Shown: positions 1-10,031 of the stretch, in pieces
Layout of the letters: every line of letters starts with the position of its first letter
Numbering within the stretch: the first letter of the stretch is position 1
Origin: Candidatus Nanopelagicales bacterium
GTDB lineage: Bacteria > Actinomycetota > Actinomycetes > S36-B12
Assembly: GCA_030728405.1 (NCBI GenBank)
Contig: JANQZS010000093.1
Span: 24,263 to 88,262, forward strand
Direction: 5' to 3'
Length of the DNA stretch: 64,000 bases
The notes under the pieces: generated by a model
Seen by the model: only the letters and a program-made list of their open reading frames with translations
Databases searched by the model: none
Told to the model about the DNA's origin: nothing
Position numbers and translations under genes: made by a program

Positions 1-542
1 AGCTCTTCTGGGGTAACGCCCAACTCGCGCATGCGGGTAAGGAGTGCACGCACTTCATTCGCAAACCCGAGGGTGCCCACTGCCTCGGCAAGATCAGCCG
101 GCCACTCCACATTGCCATCGATGACCGATCCAGTGATCAGTTCCTTAATGCGGGCATCTTCCTCAGCACCGGACATTAATCGCGGCGGATCTAGATATTC
201 CTCGACCGAAGATGTGCTGCGCAAGAGACCGTAGGCGTATGAGTGGAAGGTGGCCACCTCCGGGATCAAGCCGCCACCAACCCTGGCTGCCACCCGATCA
301 CGAACCTCCCGAGCGGCTCGGCGGCCGAAAGTCAGGACGAGCACCTGATCAGGGGAAACAGGTTCCACCGCATCGCACAACCGGGCAACTACGGCCTCAA
401 CGATCGTGGTGGTTTTGCCCGTTCCGGGGCCGGCCAGCACCAGAAGGGGACCACTGCGGTGATCCACAACCCGCTGCTGCTGGGCATCCAGGGTGGGAGC
501 GACCGCGAGCGGCTCGGGTCGCATATCCAAGGCCCACTGCAT
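1..542 (-). CDS. N-terminal part of a superfamily-1 DNA helicase (UvrD/PcrA/AddA-like). The gene runs off the left edge of the window.
   Basis: My own reverse-strand translation gives MQWALDMRPEPLAVAPTLDAQQQRVVDHRSGPLLVLAGPGTGKTTTIVEAVV...LVLTFGRRAAREVRDR. Walker A is GPGTGKT. The frame stays open to position 1. The start may be ATG at 542 or at 524. Confidence 0.7.
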   Translation of the reverse strand, partial: MQWALDMRPEPLAVAPTLDAQQQRVVDHRSGPLLVLAGPGTGKTTTIVEAVVARLCDAVEPVSPDQVLVLTFGRRAAREVRDRVAARVGGGLIPEVATFHSYAYGLLRSTSSVEEYLDPPRLMSGAEEDARIKELITGSVIDGNVEWPADLAEAVGTLGFANEVRALLTRMRELGVTPEE

Positions 543-580
543 AGAGCATGAATACCACCTAGGTGTGACACCATCAGCAG

Positions 581-3040
581 GTGACCAACGAGCCGGGGAC
601 TCATATCGAGTTCACCATCGCCGGCCCGGTCCCCGTCTTTGAGCCTGAACCGGCCCCACAGCCAAGCCCGACCGAGGCCGGAGCTCACGGCACGGTGATC
701 ATCGAGGACGGCTTCATCCCGCGCCGGGTTCGTCGTCCCCTAGATCTGGCCCGATTTGTGATTGCCGTAGCGGTAGCCGCGGGAACGGTCTTTTTGGGTT
801 GGTTCTTCACCAGCACCACCGCTGGACTCGATAGCGACATCGAATCGGGCGCCGCCCTACTGCCTGGCCTGGTGGTTCTGGTCCTGAACATCATCGGCGG
901 CATTGGCACCCTTGGCTTGCCGATCGCGGTTGCGGTTTTTCTACTCATTCGCGGACGAGGGCGCCAGCTCTTTGATGCCTTTTTGGCCCTGCTGGTCACC
1001 GTCATTTTGCTCACGTTGCTGTCCATCGCGGTGTCCTCACTGGATAACCCGCGTCTACTCATCGCTCTGGCCGGATCCCTCGTCGGGACAAGCGCTGCAA
1101 CCACACCCATGTTGGGTGGACTCGTCGCTTTTGTGACCGTCTCGCGCCTCATGGGCAGGCGACCCTGGAACGGTTTGAGCATCATCACCATCGGCTCACT
1201 GATCGCAGTGACCATTCTGAGTGCGGGTATTGCCCTCGCCGGCGTGGGCCTTTCACTCACTATCGGTTGGGCGATTGGGCTCCTCACGCGCTACGTCGCT
1301 GGCACTCCCACCACCCGTCCATCGGGACTCGCCATTGCCACCGCGCTGGAGCAGGGCGGTTTTCCGGTCACGATGCTTCGCGCGATCGAATCCACGGAGC
1401 GAGGCCGCCGTTACCGTGCAACCACGAGGAACGACGCCACCCTTGACGTGACGGTTCTTGACCGCGACCTGGAAGGCGCTGGTCTGGTTCAGGCCTTCTG
1501 GACGGCCGTGCGACTTCGTGAAGACTCAGGAACCGGTGCCTTCAACATGCGTCGAGCACTCGACCAGGCCGCTTTGGTTGCGTATGCCGGTGAAACCGCT
1601 GGCGCTCCCCAACCTCGTCTGCTCATCGCATCGGAAATTGGGCCGGACGCGTGCCTGCTTGGTTACCAGCGCATCGACGGCACCCCGCTCGCCGACCTTG
1701 ACGACGTGTCCGATGCCGAACTGGAATCAGCATGGCGCGGACTGCGCACTTTGCACGAGCATCAAATCAGCCATCGAAGCGTGACTCCCCGAACATTTCT
1801 GCGAGCGACAGAGGGCGGGGTGTGGATCAAGCAGAGCGATCAAGGATCAGTTGCGGCCAGTGACTTGGCGATGAGAATTGATATCGCAGAAATGCTCTGT
1901 TCGATGGCCCTGCTCACTGATGCCGAACGTGCCATTACAACCGGTGCGCAGGTCTTAGGATCGGCCACCCTCACGCGGGCATTGCCTGCGTTGCAACCGG
2001 TAGCGCTCTCTCGGGGATTGCGCAAGGAAGTGCGGGCACGCAAGGGGCTACTTGTGCAACTCCGCGATGGCTTGGTTGAGTTAACGCCAGGCGCAGACGT
2101 CGAGCAGATCCAACTCGAGCGCATCAAGCCACGAACGTTGATCATGATCGTGGTTGGCACGATTTCCGGTTACGTTCTCATTTCCCAACTGGCATCCGTT
2201 GACCTCCCCGCATTGATCGCAAGTGCGAATTGGTGGTGGATGCTGGCCGCTGTCGCGTTTAGCCTCATCACGTATCTCGGAGCAGCATGGTCTCTCTCCG
2301 GTTTTGTTCCCGAACGGATTCCACTGCATAGAACGATGCTGGCTCAGGTTGCCGGTGACTTTGCCACTTTGGTGTCACCGCCCACCATCGGCGCTATCGC
2401 GATCAACGTGCGCTTTCTGCAAAAGGCTGGGTTGCATCCGGCCCTTGCTGGCGCAAGCGTGGGCGTGGCCCAAGTCATGGCGTTTGTCATGCATATCGTG
2501 CTCCTTTTCGCTTTCGGTATCGCAGCAGGCACGCAGGCTGACCTCACGTTTGATCCGCCCATGATTGCCGTTATTGCTGTTTCCGCCGTTGCCGTGGCCG
2601 CACTTGCACTACTTGCGGTACCCGCTGTGCGCGCACAAATCTCCAAGCGGGTCGTTCCCCTGATTCGCGAGGTGGTGCCGCGTCTTGTCACGATTGCCCA
2701 GCGACCGGCCAAACTTGCAGAGGGACTCGGCGGAATTCTGCTACTCAATCTCGCTTACATCGGAGTGCTTTACGCCAGTGTTGAGGCATTTGGCGGAGAC
2801 ATGAATATTGCAGTGGTAGCGGTGGTGTACCTCGCCGGTGCCACCATCGGACAGGCCGCACCCACTCCAGGCGGACTCGGCGCGGTCGAGGCCGCACTCG
2901 TAGCCGGCCTCACCGCCGGTGGACTCGATGCCGGGATTGCGGTCTCCGCTGTACTGCTGTACCGGCTCGTCACGTTCTGGATTCCCACCATCCCGGGTTA
3001 TTGGGCCTTTAATTTCCTGACCAAAAAGGGTGCTTTGTAA
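581..3040 (+). CDS. Large polytopic membrane protein. It has N-terminal TM helices, a central kinase-like soluble region, and a C-terminal flippase-like (lysylphosphatidylglycerol-synthase TM region / UPF0104-type) domain.
   Basis: 819-aa ORF with a GTG start. Hydrophobic segments occur at both ends. The central segment reads LRTLHEHQISHRSVTPRTFL. The C-terminal part ends GQAAPTPGGLGAVEAALVAGL, which is typical of the UPF0104 family. Confidence 0.6.
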   Translation: MTNEPGTHIEFTIAGPVPVFEPEPAPQPSPTEAGAHGTVIIEDGFIPRRVRRPLDLARFVIAVAVAAGTVFLGWFFTSTTAGLDSDIESGAALLPGLVVLVLNIIGGIGTLGLPIAVAVFLLIRGRGRQLFDAFLALLVTVILLTLLSIAVSSLDNPRLLIALAGSLVGTSAATTPMLGGLVAFVTVSRLMGRRPWNGLSIITIGSLIAVTILSAGIALAGVGLSLTIGWAIGLLTRYVAGTPTTRPSGLAIATALEQGGFPVTMLRAIESTERGRRYRATTRNDATLDVTVLDRDLEGAGLVQAFWTAVRLREDSGTGAFNMRRALDQAALVAYAGETAGAPQPRLLIASEIGPDACLLGYQRIDGTPLADLDDVSDAELESAWRGLRTLHEHQISHRSVTPRTFLRATEGGVWIKQSDQGSVAASDLAMRIDIAEMLCSMALLTDAERAITTGAQVLGSATLTRALPALQPVALSRGLRKEVRARKGLLVQLRDGLVELTPGADVEQIQLERIKPRTLIMIVVGTISGYVLISQLASVDLPALIASANWWWMLAAVAFSLITYLGAAWSLSGFVPERIPLHRTMLAQVAGDFATLVSPPTIGAIAINVRFLQKAGLHPALAGASVGVAQVMAFVMHIVLLFAFGIAAGTQADLTFDPPMIAVIAVSAVAVAALALLAVPAVRAQISKRVVPLIREVVPRLVTIAQRPAKLAEGLGGILLLNLAYIGVLYASVEAFGGDMNIAVVAVVYLAGATIGQAAPTPGGLGAVEAALVAGLTAGGLDAGIAVSAVLLYRLVTFWIPTIPGYWAFNFLTKKGAL

Positions 3041-3094
3041 GCAGTACGGCACGTAATCCCTGACAGACCGCAACATCACTGACAGACTGCAACC

Positions 3095-3289
3095 ATGAGC
3101 GAAGACACCGTCACCATTACGCCCCTCCTCGACGGCCCCAACCAGGTTTCTGGCGGCGTCGTGGTAACCGACGAAGCCGGCAACGTCATCAAAGAAGCCG
3201 ACACCGTGTTCCTGTGCCGTTGTGGCTTCAGTGCGAACAAGCCCTTTTGCAACGGGGCCCACAAACGCGAGGGTTGGACCAGCAACTAG
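3095..3289 (+). CDS. CDGSH-type iron-sulfur domain protein
   Basis: 64 aa. The motif CRCGFSANKPFCNGAH fits C-x-C-x2-S-x3-P-x-C-(D/N)-G-A-H. Confidence 0.8.
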   Translation: MSEDTVTITPLLDGPNQVSGGVVVTDEAGNVIKEADTVFLCRCGFSANKPFCNGAHKREGWTSN

Positions 3290-4476
3290 TAGTTGGGCTT
3301 ATCCGGTTCAATCTGGCTGACCCACGCGTTGATGCCTCCGCCTACATGGATGGCATCGTTGAAACCGGCACCCTTGAGAACCGCCAAGACCTCGGCTGAT
3401 CTTCCACCGACCTTGCAGTGCAGCACGATCTGCTTGTCGGAGGGCAGCTTTTCTAGTGCTGATCCATCAAGGAACTCACCCTTGGGGATAAGAACTGCAC
3501 CGGGGATCTGAACAATCTCCCACTCGACTGGCTCGCGAACATCGATCAGCATGAAGTCGCGCTCGCCTGCATCTTTCTCATCGATCATGCGTTTGAGGTC
3601 ATGGACCGAGATAGTGGAATCACGTGCTGCTTCGGCGGCTTCATCAGAGATCACTCCGCAGAAGGCGTCGTAATCGATCAACTCGGTCACGGTCGCATTC
3701 GGTCCGCACACAGCGCAGTTCGGGTCCTTACGGATCTTCACCTGTCGGTATTCCATTTCGAGGGCGTCATAGACCATCAATCGGCCAATGAGCGAATCTC
3801 CAACTCCGGTAATCAGCTTGATTGCCTCGGTCACCTGGATCGAGCCGATCGACGCGCACAGCACCCCCAGCACGCCGCCTTCGGCACACGAGGGCACCAT
3901 TCCAGGCGGCGGGGGCTCTGGGTAGAGGCAGCGGTAGCAGGGGCCGTGCTCGGCCCAAAAGACCGACGCCTGACCGTCGAATCGGTAGATCGAACCCCAC
4001 ACGTACGGCTTGTTCAGCAGCACGCAGGCGTCGTTGACGAGGTATCGCGTGGCGAAGTTGTCGGTGCCGTCGACGATGAGGTCGTACTGCGCGAAGAGTT
4101 CCAACACATTGGAGGAGTCCAGCCGCAACTCGTGCAGGTTCACCGTGACGTAGGGATTGATCTCGAGGACGGAGTCGCGTGCGCTCTCGGCCTTGGAGCG
4201 ACCGATGTCGCTCTGCCCATGGATGATCTGGCGCTGCAGATTTGATTCATCAACAGTGTCGAATTCGACGATGCCCAGAGTCCCCACGCCTGCGGCTGCC
4301 AAATACATCAATGCCGGCGAGCCCAGGCCGCCGGCACCAACACACAAAACCTTGACGTTCTTCAGGCGCTTCTGACCGGTCATTCCCACATCGGGAATGA
4401 TCAGGTGCCGGCTATAGCGTCGAACTTCGTCCACCGACAGGCTCTCTGCGGGTTCCACCAATGGTTGCAGCGACAC
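3286..4476 (-). CDS. moeZ: Adenylyltransferase/sulfurtransferase MoeZ (ThiF/MoeB domain plus C-terminal rhodanese domain)
   Basis: RYSRHLIIPDVG and VLCVGAGGLGSP form the nucleotide-binding loop. CxxC pairs are CYRC and CAVC. The rhodanese active-site loop is HCKVGGRS. I chose the GTG at 4476, preceded by GAGGAG, rather than the TTG at 4512. Confidence 0.85.
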   Translation of the reverse strand: MSLQPLVEPAESLSVDEVRRYSRHLIIPDVGMTGQKRLKNVKVLCVGAGGLGSPALMYLAAAGVGTLGIVEFDTVDESNLQRQIIHGQSDIGRSKAESARDSVLEINPYVTVNLHELRLDSSNVLELFAQYDLIVDGTDNFATRYLVNDACVLLNKPYVWGSIYRFDGQASVFWAEHGPCYRCLYPEPPPPGMVPSCAEGGVLGVLCASIGSIQVTEAIKLITGVGDSLIGRLMVYDALEMEYRQVKIRKDPNCAVCGPNATVTELIDYDAFCGVISDEAAEAARDSTISVHDLKRMIDEKDAGERDFMLIDVREPVEWEIVQIPGAVLIPKGEFLDGSALEKLPSDKQIVLHCKVGGRSAEVLAVLKGAGFNDAIHVGGGINAWVSQIEPDKPNY

Positions 4477-4563
4477 AGCGAACTCCTCGTGATTACTTAA
4501 TATTTCAACCAAGATTAACGACGTATGAGCGCACCGCGGGGGCCCACCCGATCACTTGCACAT

Positions 4564-7500
4564 CTATTGCAACTGCGCGTCCATCGAGACACTGTGCGAG
4601 ACAGCGCCCTGAGCAACCAGATTTCGCAGGACCCGAAGGCACACCGACAAGGTGGCCAAATCGGGATTTTCTATGGCGGTGATCTCGTCAAGAGTGGTAC
4701 GAGCGCGAGACACTCCCTCAGCATGCGCACCCTCCCAGGTTTCCACCCGCTCCTCAGGACTTTGCTGCATGTCCGTCGCAACAATGACGCGCGCGGTGAG
4801 GTCGGCGATGACCTGATAGAGATCGCTGCGCAACGCTTGTCGGGCTAATGCTGACCAGCGATCGCCACGGGGCAACTCGGTAATTCGAATCAGAGTTCGA
4901 TCAACGTCGTAGCGATCGGACAAAGTGAAGTAGAGCGGAACCACCGTTTCTGCTGACTCACCCGTGCGCTGACAAATATCGGTGATGTCGAGAAGGGCAT
5001 AAACATCCAGCGAAGCCGCTGCCGCCTCCGCGAGCTCTTCTGGTGCACCTGCCTCAACAAACCTGGCCACTCGACGGGTAAACCGTTCTGCTTCGTTGCC
5101 GTGCAACATGTTCCGGATTTCTCCTGCGTGGGCCGCAATAACCGGCATGAAGTAGGAAACCTCGGCCTGGATATCGATCTCACCTCCGCGAGTTTGCAGG
5201 AACCAGCGGGTGGCACGGTCAAAGAGTCGTCGGGTTTCAAGTTGGAGGGCAGACTGAGCTGAGGTGGAAATTTGATTATCCAGACTGTTGATCCAATCCC
5301 AAAATTTCCGGATACCGAAAATTTCCATGGCAACAGTGGCCGCGCGAATAACTTGTTCAGCACTCGCCCCGGTCTCCTCAATTGCGCGAAAGACGAAGGT
5401 GATGCCACCCACGTTGATGATGTTGTTGACGATCACCGTATTGATGATCTGATCCCTAAGTGGGTGGGAATCAATCCCCGCCGAGAAGCGCTCACGCAGA
5501 ATGGACGGGAAGTAATCGCGCAGATTTTGGGTGAACCATGGATCACTCGCAAGCATCGACTTGTTCAAATTTGCAGTCGTCCAGATCTTGGCGTAGGCCA
5601 GCAGCACGGCCAACTCAGGTGACCTCAACGCCTCTCCCGCTGCCCTTCGCGTTGCGAATTCTTCGTCGTCGGGCAAGAACTCGATGGCACGGTCGATCAA
5701 TCCTCGATGCTCCATCTCGCGAATCATTCTTTGGTGCACCGTGACGAGTGAGACAGCGCCTCGTCGGGCATTACCTAACACCACGTTCTGGTCGTAGTTA
5801 TCTTCCAGCACCATCTCAGCAATCTCGTCGGTCATCTCCACCAAAAGCTGATTTCGCTCTGTCTCCGATAACTCTCCTTGGACCACCAATGCATCAAGCA
5901 GAATTTTGATATTGACCTCGTGATCTGAGGTATCAACACCGGCTGAATTATCGATTGCGTCTGTGTTTAGCTTGATCCCGCGCCGGGCCGCTTCGATTCG
6001 TCCACGCTGGGTGAGGCCCAGATTGCCACCTTCGCCCACTACTTGACAACGCAGTTCTTCTCCGGTGATTCGAATTGCATCATTGGACTTATCGCCGACA
6101 TCAAGATTGGTTTCGGTGCTGGCCCGCACATAGGTGCCGATTCCGCCGTTCCACAGCAGATCAACCGGCGCTGCCAGAATCGCCGAGATCAGGTCGGCCG
6201 GAGTGCATTGCGAGATAGCCTCGGTAATGCCTAACGCTGAACAGATTTCAGCAGTCAGTGGGATGGATTTTGAGGAGCGCGAGAACACTCCTCCGCCTGC
6301 GGAAATGAGGGAGCGATCGTAGTCATCCCACGATGACTCAGGAATTTCGAAAAGCCGGTTTCGCTCAGCGAGCGATGTGACCGGAGATGGATCCGGGTCA
6401 ATAAAAATGTGTCGATGGTCGAATGCAGCAACGAGTCGAATGTGTTCACTGAGCAGCATGCCGTTGCCGAATACGTCTCCGCTCATATCGCCGATACCCA
6501 CCACCGTGAAATCCTGACTTTGGGTATCAAGATCAAGCTCGCGGAAGTGTCGCTGCACCGATATCCACGCTCCACGGGCGGTGATCCCCATCGCTTTGTG
6601 GTCATAGCCAACAGATCCACCGGATGCGAATGCATCACCCAACCAAAAATCGAATTCCGCTGAGATTGAGTTCGCCAAATCCGAAAAACTTGCAGTACCT
6701 TTATCGGCTGCCACCACAAGGTAGGGATCATCGCCGTCGTATCGAACGACGTTTCCCGGAGGGATTACCACCCCATCCACGATGTTGTCGGTGATGTGCA
6801 ACATCGACGACACGAAGCTTGCATAAGCGGCTCGACCCTCATCTAGCCATGCATCTCGGCCCAGTGCCGGATCAGGAAGGAGCTTGGGGAAGAACCCGCC
6901 TTTGGCGCCTACCGGAACTATGACCGCGTTCTTCACCTCTTGGGCCTTCACCAAACCCAGCACTTCGGTGCGGAAATCGTCTCTACGATCACTCCATCGC
7001 ACACCGCCTCGGGCGACGTCACCAAAGCGGAGGTGGACGCCTTCTACCTGAGTGGAATACACCCAGATCTCGCGTGCTGGGTGCGGAAGCGGTAGATCAG
7101 GTACACCGCTGGGGTCGAATTTGAAAGCGACAGCTTCAACAAATTCGCCATTGGCTGCCCGAAGATAGAAGTTAGTTCTCTGGGTGGCGAGCACTAACGC
7201 TGCGAATGAACGCAGAATTCGATCAGCGTCCAGACTCACCACATCATCGAGAGCAGATTCGATTTTGCTGGTAATTCCTTGGGTTGCAGATTCCCGATCG
7301 CCGGTAAATTCCGGATCAAAGCGGATGCGAAACAGCTCGACCACATCAGCAACAACCGCGGAATTCTCAAGGACAACCTGCTCGATATAGCCCTGCCCGA
7401 ATGCCGAACCAATTTGACGCAGGTAGCGCGCGTAGGCGCGGATCAACATCGCATAGCGCCATGTGACTCCACCCCTGAGAACTAATCCGTTGAAGGCGTC

Positions 7501-9387
7501 GATACCCGCCCTGCCATCCCAACACGCCCTGAATGCTTCGGAAAAGCGGTCAAATACTTCCTGCCTGGTGGCGATTTCGGGAGGGAGCAATAGGCCAAAG
7601 TCGAGTACCCATGCCCGTGATTCATTACCCGCAGACACCTCATAGGGATGTTCATCAAGGACTTCGACCCCGAGAAGTTGCAGGATCGGCAAGATTCGCG
7701 TGAGTGAAACCGGTGCGCCGTGGCGGATAACGGTGAATCGTGCTTGCCCTGGCGCACAGTTCGGAACTCGGTACATGTGTTCGGCCATGCCATCTGGACC
7801 CAGCCGATCTATGACCAAGATGTGAGCAACGGCATCCTCGGGAGAGAAATCAGCCTTATAGGAATCAGTGCAAGCGTTTTGATACTTAGACAGCAGTCTG
7901 GCCGCGCGTTCTACCCCCACGCTCGAAATGAGGAGTTCTGCGAAGACATCCGACCAATCCAGCACGGCCTGCGCAACATCTCTCTCGAGTTGAACGAGGT
8001 CAACCCTGGGGATTGACTCAGAAGGTGCCATGCGAACCACGTAGTGGATGCGCGCTAACAGGGAATCCGACACCAACACAGTGAAATCTATGCTTGCACC
8101 CTGAAAAGCGGCGAGCAAAATATTCTCAACTCGCTCGCGCACTTCGGTGTTATAGCGGTCTCGAGGCAGATACACGAGTGCAGAAACAAAGCGAGCGTAA
8201 TCATCCGATCGCACATACAACTTGGTGACACGTCGTTCCTGATTTGCCAGAACGGAACCTGCGATCTTCACTAAATGCTCTTGACGAATTTGGAAAAGTT
8301 CATCTCGGGGATACGTTTCAAGGAATTGGCGCAAGTCTTTTGCGCTATGTGAACCAGGTGCAAAATCAAGCACCTCTTGAACGTACTCAAACTTCTCGCG
8401 AAGAACCGGGATCTCAGTAACGCTTCTGGTGTAGGCGGATGAGGCATAAAGGCCGAGGAACCTGTGCTCCCCCGTCACATTCCCCTGATGGTCAAACCTC
8501 TTTACCGAGATGTAATCAAGATATGCCGAGCGATGCACAGTGGACCGCGAATTAGCTTTGGATAGGACCAGCACGCGCGGTTCGCTGGCGCGCTCTCGCA
8601 CAGCTGGGGGCAACGCAGCAAAACTTGCCGACGCGCTGATCTCATCACTGCGTCGAAGAATGCCTAGACCGGTTCCAGGCACCGGAATTAACGCGGAGTC
8701 ATCACCAGCTTCAAGAAGGTCATATTCGCGATACCCGATAAACGTGAGGTTGTCTTGGACTAGCCACAAGAGCAGGTCATGAGCTTCTTGTACTTCCGAC
8801 GCCGAAATCCCCTTGGGTGGATTGACACTGAGCTCTTGGGCCAACTCCTCCGCCCGCACACGCATGGCCTGCCAATCATTGACCGCTTTGCGCACATCAC
8901 CAAGAACCTGAACTACGCGTGCGTCAATACCGTCCATATCACTTCGGACTAGGTCGCGCTCAACTTCAATGCGCATCCATGACTCCGCGATGGCGCCGGG
9001 CGGCCACGGATCGTCAACATCGGTGTCAGAAATCCGCGCTATATCGCCGCGAGCATCACGAATCAGAACTAACTGGGGGTGAAAGAGGTGGGTGATTGTC
9101 CGACCGAGACGAGAAATCGCAGCAGAGACTGAATCCACCAGAAATGGCATATCGTCTGTGACCACCTCGATGATGGTTTCGGTGTCTCGTTCATATGTGC
9201 GCACCAAGGTTTCACCCTCAGCTCGGTTATGTCCCCAAGCAGCCATCGCCTCAACGCCATCAATGAGCTCTGGAAGGGAACGGCCCACTAACTCTTCGGC
9301 CGTGATGTGTCGCAAGAACCGCGAGCACAGAGTTTTGACATGTGGTGATTGCACCGCTCCCACGGACAACTCATTTTCCAGTGACAT
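4564..9387 (-). CDS. gdh: NAD-specific glutamate dehydrogenase, large (about 180 kDa) bacterial type
   Basis: 1607-aa ORF. The central catalytic region reads PVGAKGGFF, AADKGTASFSD and GDMSGDVFGNGML, which is typical of the Bac_GDH family. Confidence 0.9.
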   Translation of the reverse strand: MSLENELSVGAVQSPHVKTLCSRFLRHITAEELVGRSLPELIDGVEAMAAWGHNRAEGETLVRTYERDTETIIEVVTDDMPFLVDSVSAAISRLGRTITHLFHPQLVLIRDARGDIARISDTDVDDPWPPGAIAESWMRIEVERDLVRSDMDGIDARVVQVLGDVRKAVNDWQAMRVRAEELAQELSVNPPKGISASEVQEAHDLLLWLVQDNLTFIGYREYDLLEAGDDSALIPVPGTGLGILRRSDEISASASFAALPPAVRERASEPRVLVLSKANSRSTVHRSAYLDYISVKRFDHQGNVTGEHRFLGLYASSAYTRSVTEIPVLREKFEYVQEVLDFAPGSHSAKDLRQFLETYPRDELFQIRQEHLVKIAGSVLANQERRVTKLYVRSDDYARFVSALVYLPRDRYNTEVRERVENILLAAFQGASIDFTVLVSDSLLARIHYVVRMAPSESIPRVDLVQLERDVAQAVLDWSDVFAELLISSVGVERAARLLSKYQNACTDSYKADFSPEDAVAHILVIDRLGPDGMAEHMYRVPNCAPGQARFTVIRHGAPVSLTRILPILQLLGVEVLDEHPYEVSAGNESRAWVLDFGLLLPPEIATRQEVFDRFSEAFRACWDGRAGIDAFNGLVLRGGVTWRYAMLIRAYARYLRQIGSAFGQGYIEQVVLENSAVVADVVELFRIRFDPEFTGDRESATQGITSKIESALDDVVSLDADRILRSFAALVLATQRTNFYLRAANGEFVEAVAFKFDPSGVPDLPLPHPAREIWVYSTQVEGVHLRFGDVARGGVRWSDRRDDFRTEVLGLVKAQEVKNAVIVPVGAKGGFFPKLLPDPALGRDAWLDEGRAAYASFVSSMLHITDNIVDGVVIPPGNVVRYDGDDPYLVVAADKGTASFSDLANSISAEFDFWLGDAFASGGSVGYDHKAMGITARGAWISVQRHFRELDLDTQSQDFTVVGIGDMSGDVFGNGMLLSEHIRLVAAFDHRHIFIDPDPSPVTSLAERNRLFEIPESSWDDYDRSLISAGGGVFSRSSKSIPLTAEICSALGITEAISQCTPADLISAILAAPVDLLWNGGIGTYVRASTETNLDVGDKSNDAIRITGEELRCQVVGEGGNLGLTQRGRIEAARRGIKLNTDAIDNSAGVDTSDHEVNIKILLDALVVQGELSETERNQLLVEMTDEIAEMVLEDNYDQNVVLGNARRGAVSLVTVHQRMIREMEHRGLIDRAIEFLPDDEEFATRRAAGEALRSPELAVLLAYAKIWTTANLNKSMLASDPWFTQNLRDYFPSILRERFSAGIDSHPLRDQIINTVIVNNIINVGGITFVFRAIEETGASAEQVIRAATVAMEIFGIRKFWDWINSLDNQISTSAQSALQLETRRLFDRATRWFLQTRGGEIDIQAEVSYFMPVIAAHAGEIRNMLHGNEAERFTRRVARFVEAGAPEELAEAAAASLDVYALLDITDICQRTGESAETVVPLYFTLSDRYDVDRTLIRITELPRGDRWSALARQALRSDLYQVIADLTARVIVATDMQQSPEERVETWEGAHAEGVSRARTTLDEITAIENPDLATLSVCLRVLRNLVAQGAVSHSVSMDAQLQ

Positions 9388-9404
9388 GCAGATTCGCCCC
9401 TTGT

Positions 9405-9426
9405 GGCATCACTCCGTTGTGATGCC
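9405..9426. promoter_or_regulatory. Perfect 8+8 inverted repeat just upstream of the gdh start codon
   Basis: The sequence is GGCATCAC-TCCGTT-GTGATGCC. The near arm ends 17 nt from the gdh ATG (9385-9387, minus strand). Confidence 0.35.
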
Positions 9427-9551
9427 GTTGCCTACGGTAGCCCCCTTTGCAAGCCCGACGGGGTTCTGACCCAAGTCTTCGCATACGGTTTATCCTCAGG
9501 ATATGTTCATCACACATATTCATTCACTTTGACGGAACCGATGGAGACACC

Positions 9552-10031
9552 ATGAGCACCGATTTCACCCATGAGCAGCGCTTCTCCGCCACACCCGTCG
9601 AGGTTGTTGCCATGATGACCGACCCCGAATATGTCCAGCACAAAAGCGATTCAACGGGTTCGATCAAAACCGGTGTTGACGTCACTCCTGAGGATGACCA
9701 AGTGACCGTAGTGAACTCACGCGTCATGCCCGCTGATGTGCCTGCCTCGGTGAAATCATTCGTTGGCGACACGATCAAGGTCACCGAGACGCAACTGTGG
9801 AACCTGGATGATCAGTCAGCCAAAGTTGATGTGTCATTTGGTGGACCGCTCAGTTTTGCTGGGACTATCACCCTTACTGCCGATGGCGCGGAGACGATCG
9901 CCACAACGGTCGGTACCTTCAAAGCCACAGTGCCATTCGTGGGCGGCACGATCGAGGAAATGGCATCCGATCAGACCAAAAAGTACCTGCGCGCCGAGGA
10001 AAAAGCCGCCGCAGAATGGCTCAGTAGGTAG
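9552..10031 (+). CDS. DUF2505 / SRPBCC-fold family protein
   Basis: About 160 aa starting at MSTDFTHEQRF. The C-terminal VPFVGGTIEEMA pattern is typical of DUF2505. The upstream part of the listed ORF (9447) looks non-coding. Confidence 0.55.
   Translation: MSTDFTHEQRFSATPVEVVAMMTDPEYVQHKSDSTGSIKTGVDVTPEDDQVTVVNSRVMPADVPASVKSFVGDTIKVTETQLWNLDDQSAKVDVSFGGPLSFAGTITLTADGAETIATTVGTFKATVPFVGGTIEEMASDQTKKYLRAEEKAAAEWLSR

Noticed and set aside
3095-3289. The CNGAH variant of the CDGSH motif as a possible loss-of-function change
   Set aside because: The three Cys residues and the His that ligate the cluster are all present. The Asp-to-Asn position is not a ligand, so the change is probably an ordinary family variant.
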